Made by a program: the position numbers and the translations under genes. A model generated the notes under the pieces. It searched no databases. It had not been told where the DNA came from and was given only the letters and a program-made list of their open reading frames with translations. Source: Nemertoderma westbladi (Eukaryota; Animalia; Xenacoelomorpha). Taken from it: 64,000 nucleotides of DNA. Location of the stretch: positions 13,297-77,296 of the forward strand of contig JAUCBJ010004840.1 in assembly GCA_032718475.1 (NCBI GenBank). The letters are read 5' to 3'. Shown here in pieces: positions 1 to 12,817 of the stretch; the stretch's first letter is position 1, and the number at the start of each line of letters is the position of its first letter.

Positions 1-3000
1 AGCCTCTCAGACACGGACTCCTCCCAACCCCAACCGAAACCTCCAGACAGCCTCTCAGACACGGATTCCTCCCCACCCCAACCGAAACCTCCAGACAGCC
101 TCTCACACACGGACTCCTCCCACCCCAACCGAAACCTCCAGACAGCCTCTCAGTCACGGACCCCTCCCAACCCCAACCGAAACCTCCAGACAGCCTCTCA
201 GACACGGACTCCCTCCCACCCCAACCGAAACCTCCAGACAGCATCTCAGACACGGACTCCTCCCAACCCCCAACCGAAACCTCCAGACAGCCTCTCAGAC
301 ACGGACTCCTCCCACCCCAACCGAAACCTCCAGACAGCCTCTCAGACACGGACTCCTCCCAACCCCCAACCGAAACCTCCAGACAGCCTCTCACACACGG
401 ACTCCTCCCAACCGAAACCTCCAGACAGCCACTCAGACACGGACTCCTCCCACCCCAACCGAAACCTCCAGACAGCCTCTCAGACACGGACTCCTCCCAA
501 CCCCCAACCGAAACCTACGGACAGCCTCTCAGACACGGACTCCTCCCACCCCAACCGAAACCTCCAGGCAGCCTCTCACACACGGACTCCTCCCAACCGA
601 AACCTCCAGACAGCCACTCAGACACGGACTCCTCCCACCCCAACCGAAACCTCCAGACAGCCTCTCAGACACGGACTCCTCCCAACCCCCAACCGAAACC
701 TCCAGACAGCCTTTCAGACACGGACTCCTCCCACCCCAACCGAAACCTCCAGACAGCCACTAGGACACGGACTCCTCCCAACCCCAACCGAAACCTCCAG
801 ACAGCCTCTCAGACACGGACTCCTCCCAACCGAAACCTCCAGACAGCCTCTCAGCCACGGACTCCTCCCACCCCAACCGAAACCTCCAGACAGCCACTCA
901 GACACGGACTCCTCCCAACCCCAACCGAAACCTCCAGACAGCCTCTCAGACACGGACTCATCCCAACCCCAACCGAAACCTCCAGACAGCCTGTCAGACA
1001 CGGACTCCACCCAACCCAACCGAAACCTCCAGACAGCCTCTCAGACACGGACTCCTCCCAACCCCAACCGAAACCTCCAGACAGCCTCTCAGACACGGAC
1101 TCCTCCCAACCCCAACCGAAACCTCCAGACAGCCTCTCAGACACGGACTCCTCCCAACCCCCAACCAAAACCTCCAGACAGCCTCTCAGACACGGACTCA
1201 TCCCAACCCCCAACCGAAACCTCCAGACAGCCTCTCAGAAGACACGGACTCCTCCCAACCCAACCGAAACCTCCAGACAGCCTCTCAGACACGGACTCCT
1301 CCCAACCCCAACCGAAACCTCCAGACAGCCTCTCAGACACGGACTCCTCCCAACCCCAACCGAAACCTCCAGACAGCGTCTCAGACACGGACTCCTCCCA
1401 ACCGAAACCTCCAGACAGCCTCTCAGACACGGACTCCTCCCACCCCAACCGAAACCTCCAGACAGCCACTCAGACACGGACTCCTCCCACCCCAACCGAA
1501 ACCTCCAGACAGCCTCTCAGACACGGACTCCTCCCACCCCAACCGAAACCTCCAGACAGCCTCTCAGACACGGACTCCTCCCAACCGAAACCTCCAGACA
1601 GCCTCTCAGACACGGACTCCTCCCACCCCAACCGAAACCTCCAGACAGCCTCTCAGACACGGACTCCTCCCAACCCCCAACCGAAACCTCCAGACAGCCT
1701 CGCAGACACGGACTCCTCCCACCCCAACCGAAACCTCCAGACAGCCATTCAGACACGGACTCCTCCCACCCCAACCGAAACCTCCAGACAGCCTCTCAGA
1801 CACGGACTCCTCCCACCCCAACCGAAACCTCCAGACAGCCTCTCAGACACGGACTCCTCCCACCCCAACCGAAACCTCCAGACAGCCTCTCAGACACGGA
1901 CTCCTCCCAACCGAAACCTCCAGACAGCCTCTCAGACACGGACTCATCCCAACCCCCAACCGAAACCTCCAGACAGCCTCTCAGACACGGACTCCTCTCA
2001 ACCCCAACCGAAACCTCCAGACAGCCTCTCAGACACGGACTCCTCCCAACCCCAACCGAAACCTCCAGACAGCCTCTCAGACACGGACTCCTCCCAACCG
2101 AAACCTCCAGACAGCCTCTCACACACGGACTCCTCCCAACCGAAACCTCTAGACAGCCACTCAGACACGGACTCCTCCCACCCCAACCGAAACCTCCAGA
2201 CAGCCTCTCAGACACGGACTCCTCCCAAACCCCAACCGAAACCTCCGGACAGCCTCTCAGACACGGACTCCTCCCACCCCAACCGAAACCTCCAGACAGA
2301 ATCTCAGACACGGACTCCTCCCAACCCCCAACCGAAACCTCCAGACGGCCTTTCAGGCACGGACTCCTCCCACCCCAACCGAAACCTCCAGACAACCTCT
2401 CCGACACGGACTCCTCCCACCCCAACCGAAACCTCCAGACAACCTCTCCGACACGGACTCCTCCCACCCCAATCGAAACCTCCAGACAGCCTCTCAGACA
2501 CGGACTCCTGCCAACCCCCAACCAAAACCTCCAGACAGCCTCTCAGACACGGACTCATCCCAACCCCAACCGAAACCTCCAGACAGCCTCTCAGACACGG
2601 ACTCCTCCCAACCGAAACCTCCAGACAGTCTCTCAGACACGGACTCCTCCCACCCCAACCGAAACCTCCAGACAGCCTCTCAGACATGGACTCCTCCCAA
2701 CCCCCAACCGAAACCTCCAGACAGCCTCTCAGACACGGACTCCTCCCACCCCAACCGAAACCTCCAGACAGCCACTCAGACACGGACTCCTCCCACCCCA
2801 ACCGAAACCTCCAGACAGCCTCTCAGACACGGACTCCTCCCACCCCAACCGAAAGCTCCAGACAGCCTCTCAGACACGGACTCCTCCCAACCGAAACCTC
2901 CAGATAGCCTCTCAGACACGGACTCCTCCCAACCCCCAACCGAAACCTCCAGACAGCCTCGCAGACACGGACTCATCCCACCCCAACCGAAACCTCCAGA

Positions 3001-6000
3001 CAGCCATTCAGACACGGACTCCTCCCACCCCAACCGAAACCTCCAGACAGCCTCTCAGACACGGACTCCTCCCACCCCAACCGAAACCTCCAGACAGCCT
3101 CTCAGACACGGACTCCTCCCACCCCAACCGAAACCTCCAGACAGCCTCTCAGACACGGACTCATCCCAACCCCCAACCGAAACCTCCAGACAGCCTTTCA
3201 GACACGTACTCCTCTCAACCCCAACCGAAACCTCCAGACAGCCTCTCAGACACGGACTCCTCCCAACCCCAACCGAAACCTCCAGACAGCCTCTCAGACA
3301 CGGACTCCTCCCAACCGAAACCTCCAGACAGCCTCTCAGACACGGACTCCTCCCACCACAACCGAAACCTCTAGACAGCCACTTAGACACGGACTCCTCC
3401 CACCCCAACCGAAACCTCCAGACAGCCTCTCAGACACGGACTCCTCCCAACCGAAACCTCCAGACACCCTCTCAGACACGGACTCCTCCCACCCCAACCG
3501 AAACCTCCAGACAGCCTCTAAGACACGGACTCCTCCCACCACAACCGAAACCTCTAGTCAGCCACTTAGACACGGACTCCTCCCACCCCAACCGAAACCT
3601 CCAGACAGCCTCTCAGACACGGACTCCTCCCACCCCAACCGAAACCTCCAGACAGCCTCTCAGACAGGTACTCCTCCCAACCGAAACCCTCAGACAGCCT
3701 CTCAGACACGGACTCCTCCCAATCCCAACCTCCAGACAGCCTCTCAGACACGGACTCCTCCCACCCCACCCGAAACCTCCAGACAGCCCCTCAGACACGG
3801 ACTCCTCCCACCCCAACCGAAACCTCCAGACAGCCTCTCAGACACGAACTCATCCCAACACCCAACCGAAACCTCCGGACAGCCTCTCAGACACGGACTC
3901 CTCCCACCCCAACCGAAACCTCCAGACAGCCTCTCAGACACGAACTCATCCCAACACCCAACCGAAACCTCCGGACAGCCTCTCAGACACGGACTCCTCC
4001 CACCCCAACCGAAACCTCCAGACAGCCACTCAGACACGGACTCCTCCCACCCCAACCGAAACCTCCAGACAGTCTCTCAGACACGGACTCCTCTCAACCC
4101 CCAACCGAAACCTCCAGACAGCCTCTCAGACACGGACTCCTCCCACCCCAACCGAAACCTCCAGACAGCCTCTCAGACACGGACTCCTCCCACCCCAACC
4201 GAAACCTCCAGACAGCCTCTCAGACACGGACTCCTCCCAACCCCCAACCGAAACCTCCAGACAGCCTCGCAGACACGGACTCATCCCACCCCAACCGAAA
4301 CCTCCAGACAGCCATTCAGACACGGACTCCTCCCACCACAACCGAAACCTCTAGTCAGCCACTTAGACACGGACTCCTCCCACCCCAACCGAAACCTCCA
4401 GACAGCCTCTCAGACACGGACTCCTCCCACCCCAACCGAAACCTCCAGACAGCCTCTCAGACACGGACTCCTCCCAACCGAAACCCTCAGACAGCCTCTC
4501 AGACACGGACTCCTCCCAATCCCAACCTCCAGACAGCCTCTCAGACACGGACTCCTCCCACCCCACCCGAAACCTCCAGACAGCCTCTCAGACACGGACT
4601 CCTCCCACCCCAACCGAAACCTCCAGACAGCCTCTCAGACACGAACTCATCCCAACACCCAACCGAAACCTCCGGACAGCCTCTCAGACACGGACTCCTC
4701 CCACCCCAACCGAAACCTCCAGACAGCCTCTCACACACGGACTCCTCCCAACCGAAACCTCCAGACAGCCACTCAGACACGGACTCCTCCCACCCCAACC
4801 GAAACCTCCAGACAGCCTCTCAGACACGGACTCCTCCCAACCCCCAACCGAAACCTCCAGACAGCCTCTCAGACACGGACTCCTCCCACCCCAACCGAAA
4901 CCTCCAGACAGCCACTAGGACACGGACTCCTCCCAACCCCAACCGAAACCTCCAGACAGCCTCTCAGACACGGACTCCTCCCAACCGAAACCTCCAGACA
5001 GCCTCTCAGCCACGGACTCCTCCCACCCCAACCGAAACCTCCAGACAGCCACTCAGACACGGACTCCTCCTAACCCCAACCGAAACCTCCAGACAGCCTC
5101 TCAGACACGGACTCATCCCAACCCCAACCGAAACCTCCAGACAGCCTGTCAGACACGGACTCCACCCAACCCAACCGAAACCTCCAGACAGCCTCTCAGA
5201 CACGGACTCCTCCCAACCCCAACCGAAACCTCCAGACAGCCTCTCAGACACGGACTCCTCCCAACCCCAACCGAAACCTCCAGACAGCCTCTCAGACACG
5301 GACTCCTCCCAACCCCCAACCAAAACCTCCAGACAGCCTCTCAGACACGGACTCATCCCAACCCCCAACCGAAACCTCCAGACAGCCTCTCAGACACGGA
5401 CTCCTCCCAACCCAACCGAAACCTCCAGACAGCCTCTCAGACACGGACTCCTCCCAACCCCAACCGAAACCTCCAGACAGCCTCTCAGACACGGACTCCT
5501 CCCAACCCCAACCGAAACCTCCAGACAGCCTCTCAGACACGGACTCCTCCCAACCGAAACCTCCAGACAGCCTCTCAGACACGGACTCCTCCCACCCCAA
5601 CCGAAACCTCCAGACAGCCACTCAGACACGGACTCCTCCCACCCCAACCGAAACCTCCAGACAGCCTCTCAGACACGGACTCCTCCCACCCCAACCGAAA
5701 CTTCCAGACAGCCTCTCAGACACGGACTCCTCCCAACCGAAACCTCCAGACAGCCTCTCAGACACGGACTCCTCCCACCCCAACCGAAACCTCCAGACAG
5801 CCTCTCAGACACGGACTCCTCCCAACCCCCAACCGAAACCTCCAGACAGCCTCGCAGACACGGACTCCTCCCACCCCAACCGAAACCTCCAGACAGCCAT
5901 TCAGACACGGACTCCTCCCACCCCAACCGAAACCTCCAGACAGCCTCTCAGACACGGACTCCTCCCACCACAACCGAAACCTCCAGACAGCCTCTCAGAC

Positions 6001-8515
6001 ACGGACTCCTCCCACCCCAACCGAAACCTCCAGACAGCCTCTCAGACACGGACTCCTCCCAACCGAAACCTCCAGACAGCCTCTCAGACACGGACTCATC
6101 CCAACCCCCAACCGAAACCTCCAGACAGCCTCTCAGACACGGACTCCTCTCAACCCCAACCGAAACCTCCAGACAGCCTCTCAGACACGGACTCCTCCCA
6201 ACCCCAACCGAAACCTCCAGACAGCCTCTCAGACACGGACTCCTCCCAACCGAAACCTCCAGACAGCCTCTCACACACGGACTCCTCCCAACCGAAACCT
6301 CTAGACAGCCACTCAGACACGGACTCCTCCCACCCCAACCGAAACCGCCAGACAGCCTCTCAGTCACGGACTCCTCCCAAACCCCAACCGAAACCTCCGG
6401 ACAGCCTCTCAGACACGGACTCCTCCCACCCCAACCGAAACCTCCAGACAGCATCTCAGACACGGACTCCTCCCAACCCCCAACCGAAACCTCCAGACAG
6501 CCTCTCAGGCACGGACTCCTCCCACCCCAACCGAAACCTCCAGACAACCACTAGGACACGGACTCCTCCCACGCCTATCGAAACCTCCAGACAGCCTCTC
6601 AGACACGGACTCCTCCCAACCCCCAACCAAAACCTCCAGACAGCCTCTCAGACACGGACTCATCCCAACCCCAACCGAAACCTCCAGACAGCCTCTCAGA
6701 CACGGACTCCTCCCAACCGAAACCTCCAGACAGTCTCTCAGACACGGACTCCTCCCACCCCAACCGAAACCTCCAGACAGCCTCTCAGACATGGACTCCT
6801 CCCAACCCCCAACCGAAACCTCCAGACAGCCTCTCAGACACGGACTCCTCCCACCCCAACCGAAACCTCCAGACAGCCACTCAGACACGGACTCCTCCCA
6901 CCCCAACCGATACCTCCAGACAGCCTCTCAGACACGGACTCCTCCCACCCCAACCGAAAGCCCAGACAGCCTCTCAGACTCGGACTCCTCCCAACCCCAA
7001 CCGAAACCTCCAGACAGCCTCTCAGACACGGACTCCTCCCAACCCCCAACCGAAACCTCCAGACAGCCTCTCAGACACGGACTCCTCCCACCCCAACCGA
7101 AACCTCCAGACAACCACTAGGACACGGACTCCTCCCACGCCAATCGAAACCTCCAGACAGCCTCTCAGACACGGACTCCTCCCAACCCCCAACCAAAACC
7201 TCCAGACAGCCTCTCAGACACGGACTCATCCCAACCCCAACCGAAACCTCCAGACAGCCTCTCAGACACGGACTCCTCCCAACCGAAACCTCCAGACAGC
7301 CTCTCAGACACGGACTCCTCCCACCCCAACCGAAACCTCCAGATAGCCTCTCAGACACGGACTCCTCCCAACCCCCAACCGAAACCTCCAGACAGCCTCG
7401 CAGACACGGACTCATCCCACCCCAACCGAAACCTCCAGACAGCCATTCAGACACGGACTCCTCCACCCCAACCGAAACCTCCAGACAGCCTCTCAGACAC
7501 GGACTCCTCCCACCCCAACCGAAACCTCCAGACAGCCTCTCAGACACGGACTCCTCCCACCCCAACCGAAACCTCCAGACAGCCTCTCAGACACGGACTC
7601 ATCCCAACCCCCAACCGAAACCTCCAGACAGCCTTTCAGACACGTACTCCTCTCAACCCCAACCGAAACCTCCAGACAGCCTCTCAGACACGGACTCCTC
7701 CCAACCCCAACCGAAACCTCCAGACAGCCTCTCAGACACGGACTCCTCCCAACCGAAACCTCCAGACAGCCTCTCAGACACGGACTCCTCCCACCACAAC
7801 CGAAACCTCTAGACAGCCACTTAGACACGGACTCCTCCCACCCCAACCGAAACCTCCAGACAGCCTCTCAGACACGGACTCCTCCCAACCGAAACCTCCA
7901 GACACCCTCTCAGACACGGACTCCTCCCACCCCAACCGAAACCTCCAGACAGCCTCTCAGACACGGACTCCTCCCACCACAACCGAAACCTCTAGTCAGC
8001 CACTTAGACACGGACTCCTCCCACCCCAACCGAAACCTCCAGACAGCCTCTCAGACACGGACTCCTCCTACCCCAACCGAAACCTCCAGACAGCCTCTCA
8101 GACACGGACTCCTCCCAACCGAAACCCTCAGACAGCCTCTCAGACACGGACTCCTCCCAATCCCAACCTCCAGACAGCCTCTCAGACACGGACTCCTCCC
8201 ACCCCACCCGAAACCTCCAGACAGCCTCTCAGACACGAACTCATCCCAACACCCAACCGAAACCTCCAGAAAGCCTCTCGGACACGGACTCCTTTCAAGC
8301 GAAACCCCCAGACAGCCTCTCAGACACGGACTCCTCCCAACCGAAACCTTCAGACAGCTTCTCGGACACGGACTCCTTCCAACGGAATCCCTCAGACAAC
8401 CTCTCAGACACGGACTCCTCCCAACCCCAACCGAAACCTCCAGACAGCCTCTCAGACACGGACTCCTCCCAACAGAAACCTCCAGACAGCCTCAGACACT
8501 GACTCCTCCCAACCG
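1..8515. repeat. ~47-bp minisatellite (units 42-49 bp), open at the window start
   Basis: Consensus AGCCTCTCAGACACGGACTCCTCCCACCCCAACCGAAACCTCCAGAC. Length variation comes from the C/A tract before AACCGAAAC. The array degenerates after ~8270. All short ORFs here are repeat artefacts. Confidence 0.98.
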
Positions 8516-8556
8516 CAAGCCATGCAGAAGGCAAAGTCATTGCAAATTGACACTAA

Positions 8557-9479
8557 AGCCCGGTTTCCATGGATGATGCAAGATATCTAGTAGCTTCGAG
8601 CTATTAGCTACTGGCTCGTCGCCAATTGCTAATAGCCGCGGCCACTAGCTACTGGCCGCGGCCACTAGCTAATAGTCGCGGCCACTAGCTACTCGCCGCG
8701 GCCACTAGCTAATAGCCGCGGCCACTAGCTAATAGCCGCGGCCACTAGCTACTGGCCGCAGCCAGTGGCTACTTGCCGCGAAACCAGTAGCCACTGGCCG
8801 CGAAGCTACTAACTATTTGCGCGAGGAAAATAGCCTTCAACCAAGTCAGAGCACTGGCTGCACGCTACGTGCCACGCTATATATTTCATATAGTGTATCC
8901 TGTTTCATTATTTTCTCTACACAACCACAACCCCAGATCTATACTACCCCAGAGGAATATGGCATACAATTGGTGTAACATTCATGCCGAAACGAAATGT
9001 ACCCTGCCGGATCGAACCCATAACCACCAGAGGGATGTGAATTCAATGTAACGGATTTAACTACTACGCTAATACATATTTTTGTATCCTTTTTGAAAAT
9101 GTTCTACAACATTTTATCTAATTATTTAAACAAATTGTTCTAGAACATTTATATTTTATTCTAGAACAACGAGTGTGGGATCCGAAACTGGTAATTGCCA
9201 CATCCTCCATTAAAAATGAAAGTAAGCCGTGAAAACTATTTATGTAATATGTGATGGGTGGAAATTAACTGAAAGATACAGAAAAAATATATTAACAGGC
9301 GTGGAACATTGCAGATATCTGTGTTTTATGGAAAACGGTTTCACAGTGACTCAAATAGCCGGTTGCTACGAGGCGCGGCCAACAGCTAGTAGCCTGCCGA
9401 TACTAGCTATTTTCAGTATGGCCACTAGCCGCATTGTGGCACGTAAGTTGTAGCTAAGTTACATCCAGTAAACCGGGCT
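8557..9479. mobile_element. Non-autonomous DNA transposon (MITE), PIF/Harbinger-like
   Basis: TIRs AGCCCGGTTT(CCA)TGGATG ... CATCCA(GT)AAACCGGGCT. TAA is duplicated at 8554-8556 and 9480-9482; a 3-bp TAA TSD is typical of Harbinger. No transposase ORF. Confidence 0.8.
8606..8815. repeat. 20-bp subterminal tandem repeat inside the Harbinger-like MITE
   Basis: About 10 degenerate copies of GCCGCGGCCACTAGCTA(ATA/CTG). Related words recur near the other end (9370-9435). Confidence 0.85.
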
Positions 9480-11249
9480 TAAGGGGTGTGGATCAAGTTG
9501 TGACATGCTCTGGAGACAGGGGGATGACTGTAACCTGCTCCATTTGCTTAATTGATAATTGAAATTCGTTAATTCGGGCAGAAGAGAGATTTACTCACCG
9601 AGAAGGGATTTTCATCAAGTTATCCTACCTGTCTCTCCTGAAAACAGCACGGTTCCTGACGTACTTGCATCTAATGTTATATTGATAGGTTCTCCTGTCC
9701 CTCCTATAAGATCGACGAATATATCAAGTAATTGTAAGATTGGAACACTTCATCCTGTATCGCACGAGTTAATCAATTTCTATTTTTGCTTTCTGTCTGC
9801 AAACATTTCTGCATCATTTCCTGGCTTGGCTTCCTGAGAATGCCTTCCGTTGCGAGGCGATTGGAACGCATAGGTCTCAAATGATTAATTACAGTCCAAT
9901 TTTTATGTTACCAAAAATAACTACTGTAAATAAGAACTAAGCTGCCTATGGTTCTCCGACGTTCAGCCAGTTTTTCTGGGTATCCACTTATTACCGTATA
10001 CTAATAACAATACTCCCGTAACTTAAACGATGAATTATTTAATACGTAATATTACTAGGAAAACAACGTCGACGTTTCTTGTTATGAAGCTTTATTATAC
10101 AAAATAAGAGCCCAAATATTTTATGCAAAGATTTACAGCTCAAGTATAAACCGAACAACATGCAATGAATAAACATACCTCCACCCAAAGGTTAGCCAAA
10201 CTAATAATATACAATAAGTAACACGAAATATCTATTTACATAATCGTGAGTATAAAGTGACACTTTATGAGGCGACTTCGCGCAGCACGTCTAGATGAGC
10301 CTTTACGTGGCGGTACAATTAGTGGACCTAGTCACAAGTACCATAGAGGCCGACAGAGGAATTTATAGAAATCTGTCTGTGTGTAGAATTTATAAAGCTT
10401 TGATAGACTACATGTGTACCAAATTTGGTTCAATTTCATTATGACTGACTTATTAGCGTTAAAACATTTATACCCACGACGTTTATCAACTAATTATAAC
10501 GCTATGTCAAGGCTCACCTATACTTCGTGGCTCGCCCCACACTTGGAATCCCGTAATGTAATCCTATAAAGTGTTTACACACTAAAAATGTGTAATTTTA
10601 TTGCTAATTTGAACCATTATCCATACGCCGACGTGGTGGGGTGGAAGTGTTAGCGAGAATTAGATAAACACACCGAATGTTGTAACGTCGTATTTTGGAA
10701 TAAAATAACGAAAACAACAATAAATTAAACTAATAATAACAATAAATTTACTATCATGTTAATATTACACAACACAGATAATAAGTTAAATATTTACACT
10801 AATTATAGTTGAGTAAACAAATACAAACAGAATCACATGGATAGTGATGGGAACAGTTACGATCAAACAAACGAAAACTATGAAATCAAACAGCGCTATA
10901 CTACAGTATATATATAGAGTCATTGCCGTGAAAAAAAACACAAAAAAATAGAGAAGGCCAAAGGGACGATGTATCTATCGCTTTTATACAAAATAAAACA
11001 ACTCCTTCGTGAACCCCATTAGCTATCAATCCGAAAAAATTAAAGATCAACGTTTTTTTAAATTTTATATATTTCATATTGATGAATGGCTTTATAATTC
11101 AAGGCATTATTATTATTGTGTTAATTCTTAACTAAAAATATTTGTAGCTAGTTATTAATTAAATATTATTGTGTTGTGAATAAATTAACATTAAAGGGAA
11201 ATTGTTATCCGGGAAAATTTGCCCCTTTTTATTAGTATCATTAATGTTT

Positions 11250-11650
11250 AACCAGGTAATTATGGATGAGTTTATTTTTATAGGTAATAAAATATAGTTT
11301 AAAATAAATCAGACTCCATTAAGATCTAAAAAAAAAGTATAATTGCACTTAAACTAATGAAGTCTGTCAATGATATAAAAGCAAAATAAAACAACCGTTT
11401 GAATGACACTAAGCCATCTGGGGTCTCAAAAGGGAGCAATTAAAAATATTTAGTTATTTTTTATCCTATACGGTAGCAATAGTATGGAAGTCACTAACTT
11501 TACAGGGCCGGGGAAGTGGAGTCTAAATAATTTTAGCATCGTGTTATATAATTCAATCAGATTCCAAAACATATTGATGTCACTTAGGTTGGGACGGGAC
11601 AAAATTACAGTTGTAAGAAAAAGTGCAACACAAATATATAACTTTATAAT
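11250..11650 (+). pseudogene. Very old L1/Tx1-like ORF2 relic (endonuclease-RT linker)
   Basis: Translates in pieces as GPGKWSLNN and WDGTKLQL, resembling the Tx1 motifs GPGxWKLNN and WDxxK. Heavily interrupted; boundaries are approximate. Confidence 0.3.
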
Positions 11651-12505
11651 CAATTCATGAAAAATTATCCCAACTGAAACTCCAGGTTCAAACTAAAGAG
11701 ATAAGAAAAATAAAAAATACCTTCTCTCAAAAACCTGAGTTATAATCAAGAGGTTTGTGTTGAAACCCTCACCCTTAACTTAAATCTAAATTGAAACACA
11801 TTCACAACATACTGGAATCCAATTTGAACACTGAAGAACAATTCTAAATACAACAGTTTTATAGAAAATCAGAAAAGAAAGCTTTATTAATTGCACATGT
11901 AATGTAGGTAGATGTAAAAAATCACAGCCCCGTAAGGAGTCGAATGACTTCTTGCAAAGTGGATCTCATATCGCCAATATCGACATGCCGACAAATATAG
12001 AACTATATTAATTGAAGGCGTAGTAAAGGCAACTCCACATCAAGCAGTTCATTAAATTGTGTTGGATAATTTAATATTTTGCATTGAACTTTATAATAAA
12101 AAATATATGCAAAGCAACAGGAAATAAATAAATAAAACTAGCGTAACTCGATATAAAAGCAATCTTCGATGGTATATTAAGTTACTTAGTATTAATTGTT
12201 GTCACTATAGACAAATCACACACGACACTATTACAAACAGTTAAAACTGTAAAAAATTAAAGGCTCAAGGTAATTTATAAATGAAGACGGGTCCCTAATT
12301 ATTAAAATAGTAACATATAGTTAAAGCATATAGTCAAACGTATGGCGATAGAAAATGTAAGTTTTTACTAAAATTTACAAAAATGTGATCCTTCTAGATA
12401 AGATGACAGACAGGAAGGCTGTCAATAGTGTGACGTCACAGTTTATTTCGGCTATGGTAAGGTATATAACATAGACGTGCATGACGTAATAGTTTATCTA
12501 TCCAG

Positions 12506-12817
12506 TTACTCAGGAGATTTCCTACCGGAAGTGAGAAGTTGCCGGACGCGAGACTTCAGGGAAGCCCAATAATAGGCGACCACGTCAGGGTATTGGTAGA
12601 CACCCAAAGCCACCGTTACCAAGACGACAACCAATAGAAGGACGATTAGACGGCGTTTGAACACGGAGATCGGGCAGCCCCCTATGGTTGGTTCACTGAC
12701 GCTATGGGATTTACTGGTGGTCGTAGTCGAAGTGCTGGTTCGTGTCGTCATGGTGATGGGAGAAGGCAACGGCGATCCAATCAGCTTCATGATTTTCATA
12801 CCTTTCGCATATTTAGT
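12506..12817 (-). CDS. Exon 5 (terminal, encodes the transmembrane helix)
   Basis: Acceptor TTCCATTCTAG|ACTAAATAT in phase 0. S/T-rich linker, then KRR, a ~20-residue hydrophobic stretch and a short tail; TAA stop. Confidence 0.9.
   Translation of the reverse strand, partial: TKYAKGMKIMKLIGSPLPSPITMTTRTSTSTTTTSKSHSVSEPTIGGCPISVFKRRLIVLLLVVVLVTVALGVYQYPDVVAYYWASLKSRVRQLLTSGRKSPE

Noticed and set aside
1-8515. Hammerhead ribozyme in the 47-bp unit (CTGAGAG and CGAAAC words)
   Set aside because: The two core motifs lie on opposite strands, so no hammerhead core can form.
8470-9925. Possible minus-strand spliced gene (MKIPSRLQSSPC...) interrupted by the MITE and running into the 47-bp array
   Set aside because: Splice-like signals exist (GTGAGT at 9598, TTTACAG at ~9924), but the peptide is short and unrecognisable. 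It cannot be supported without RNA data.
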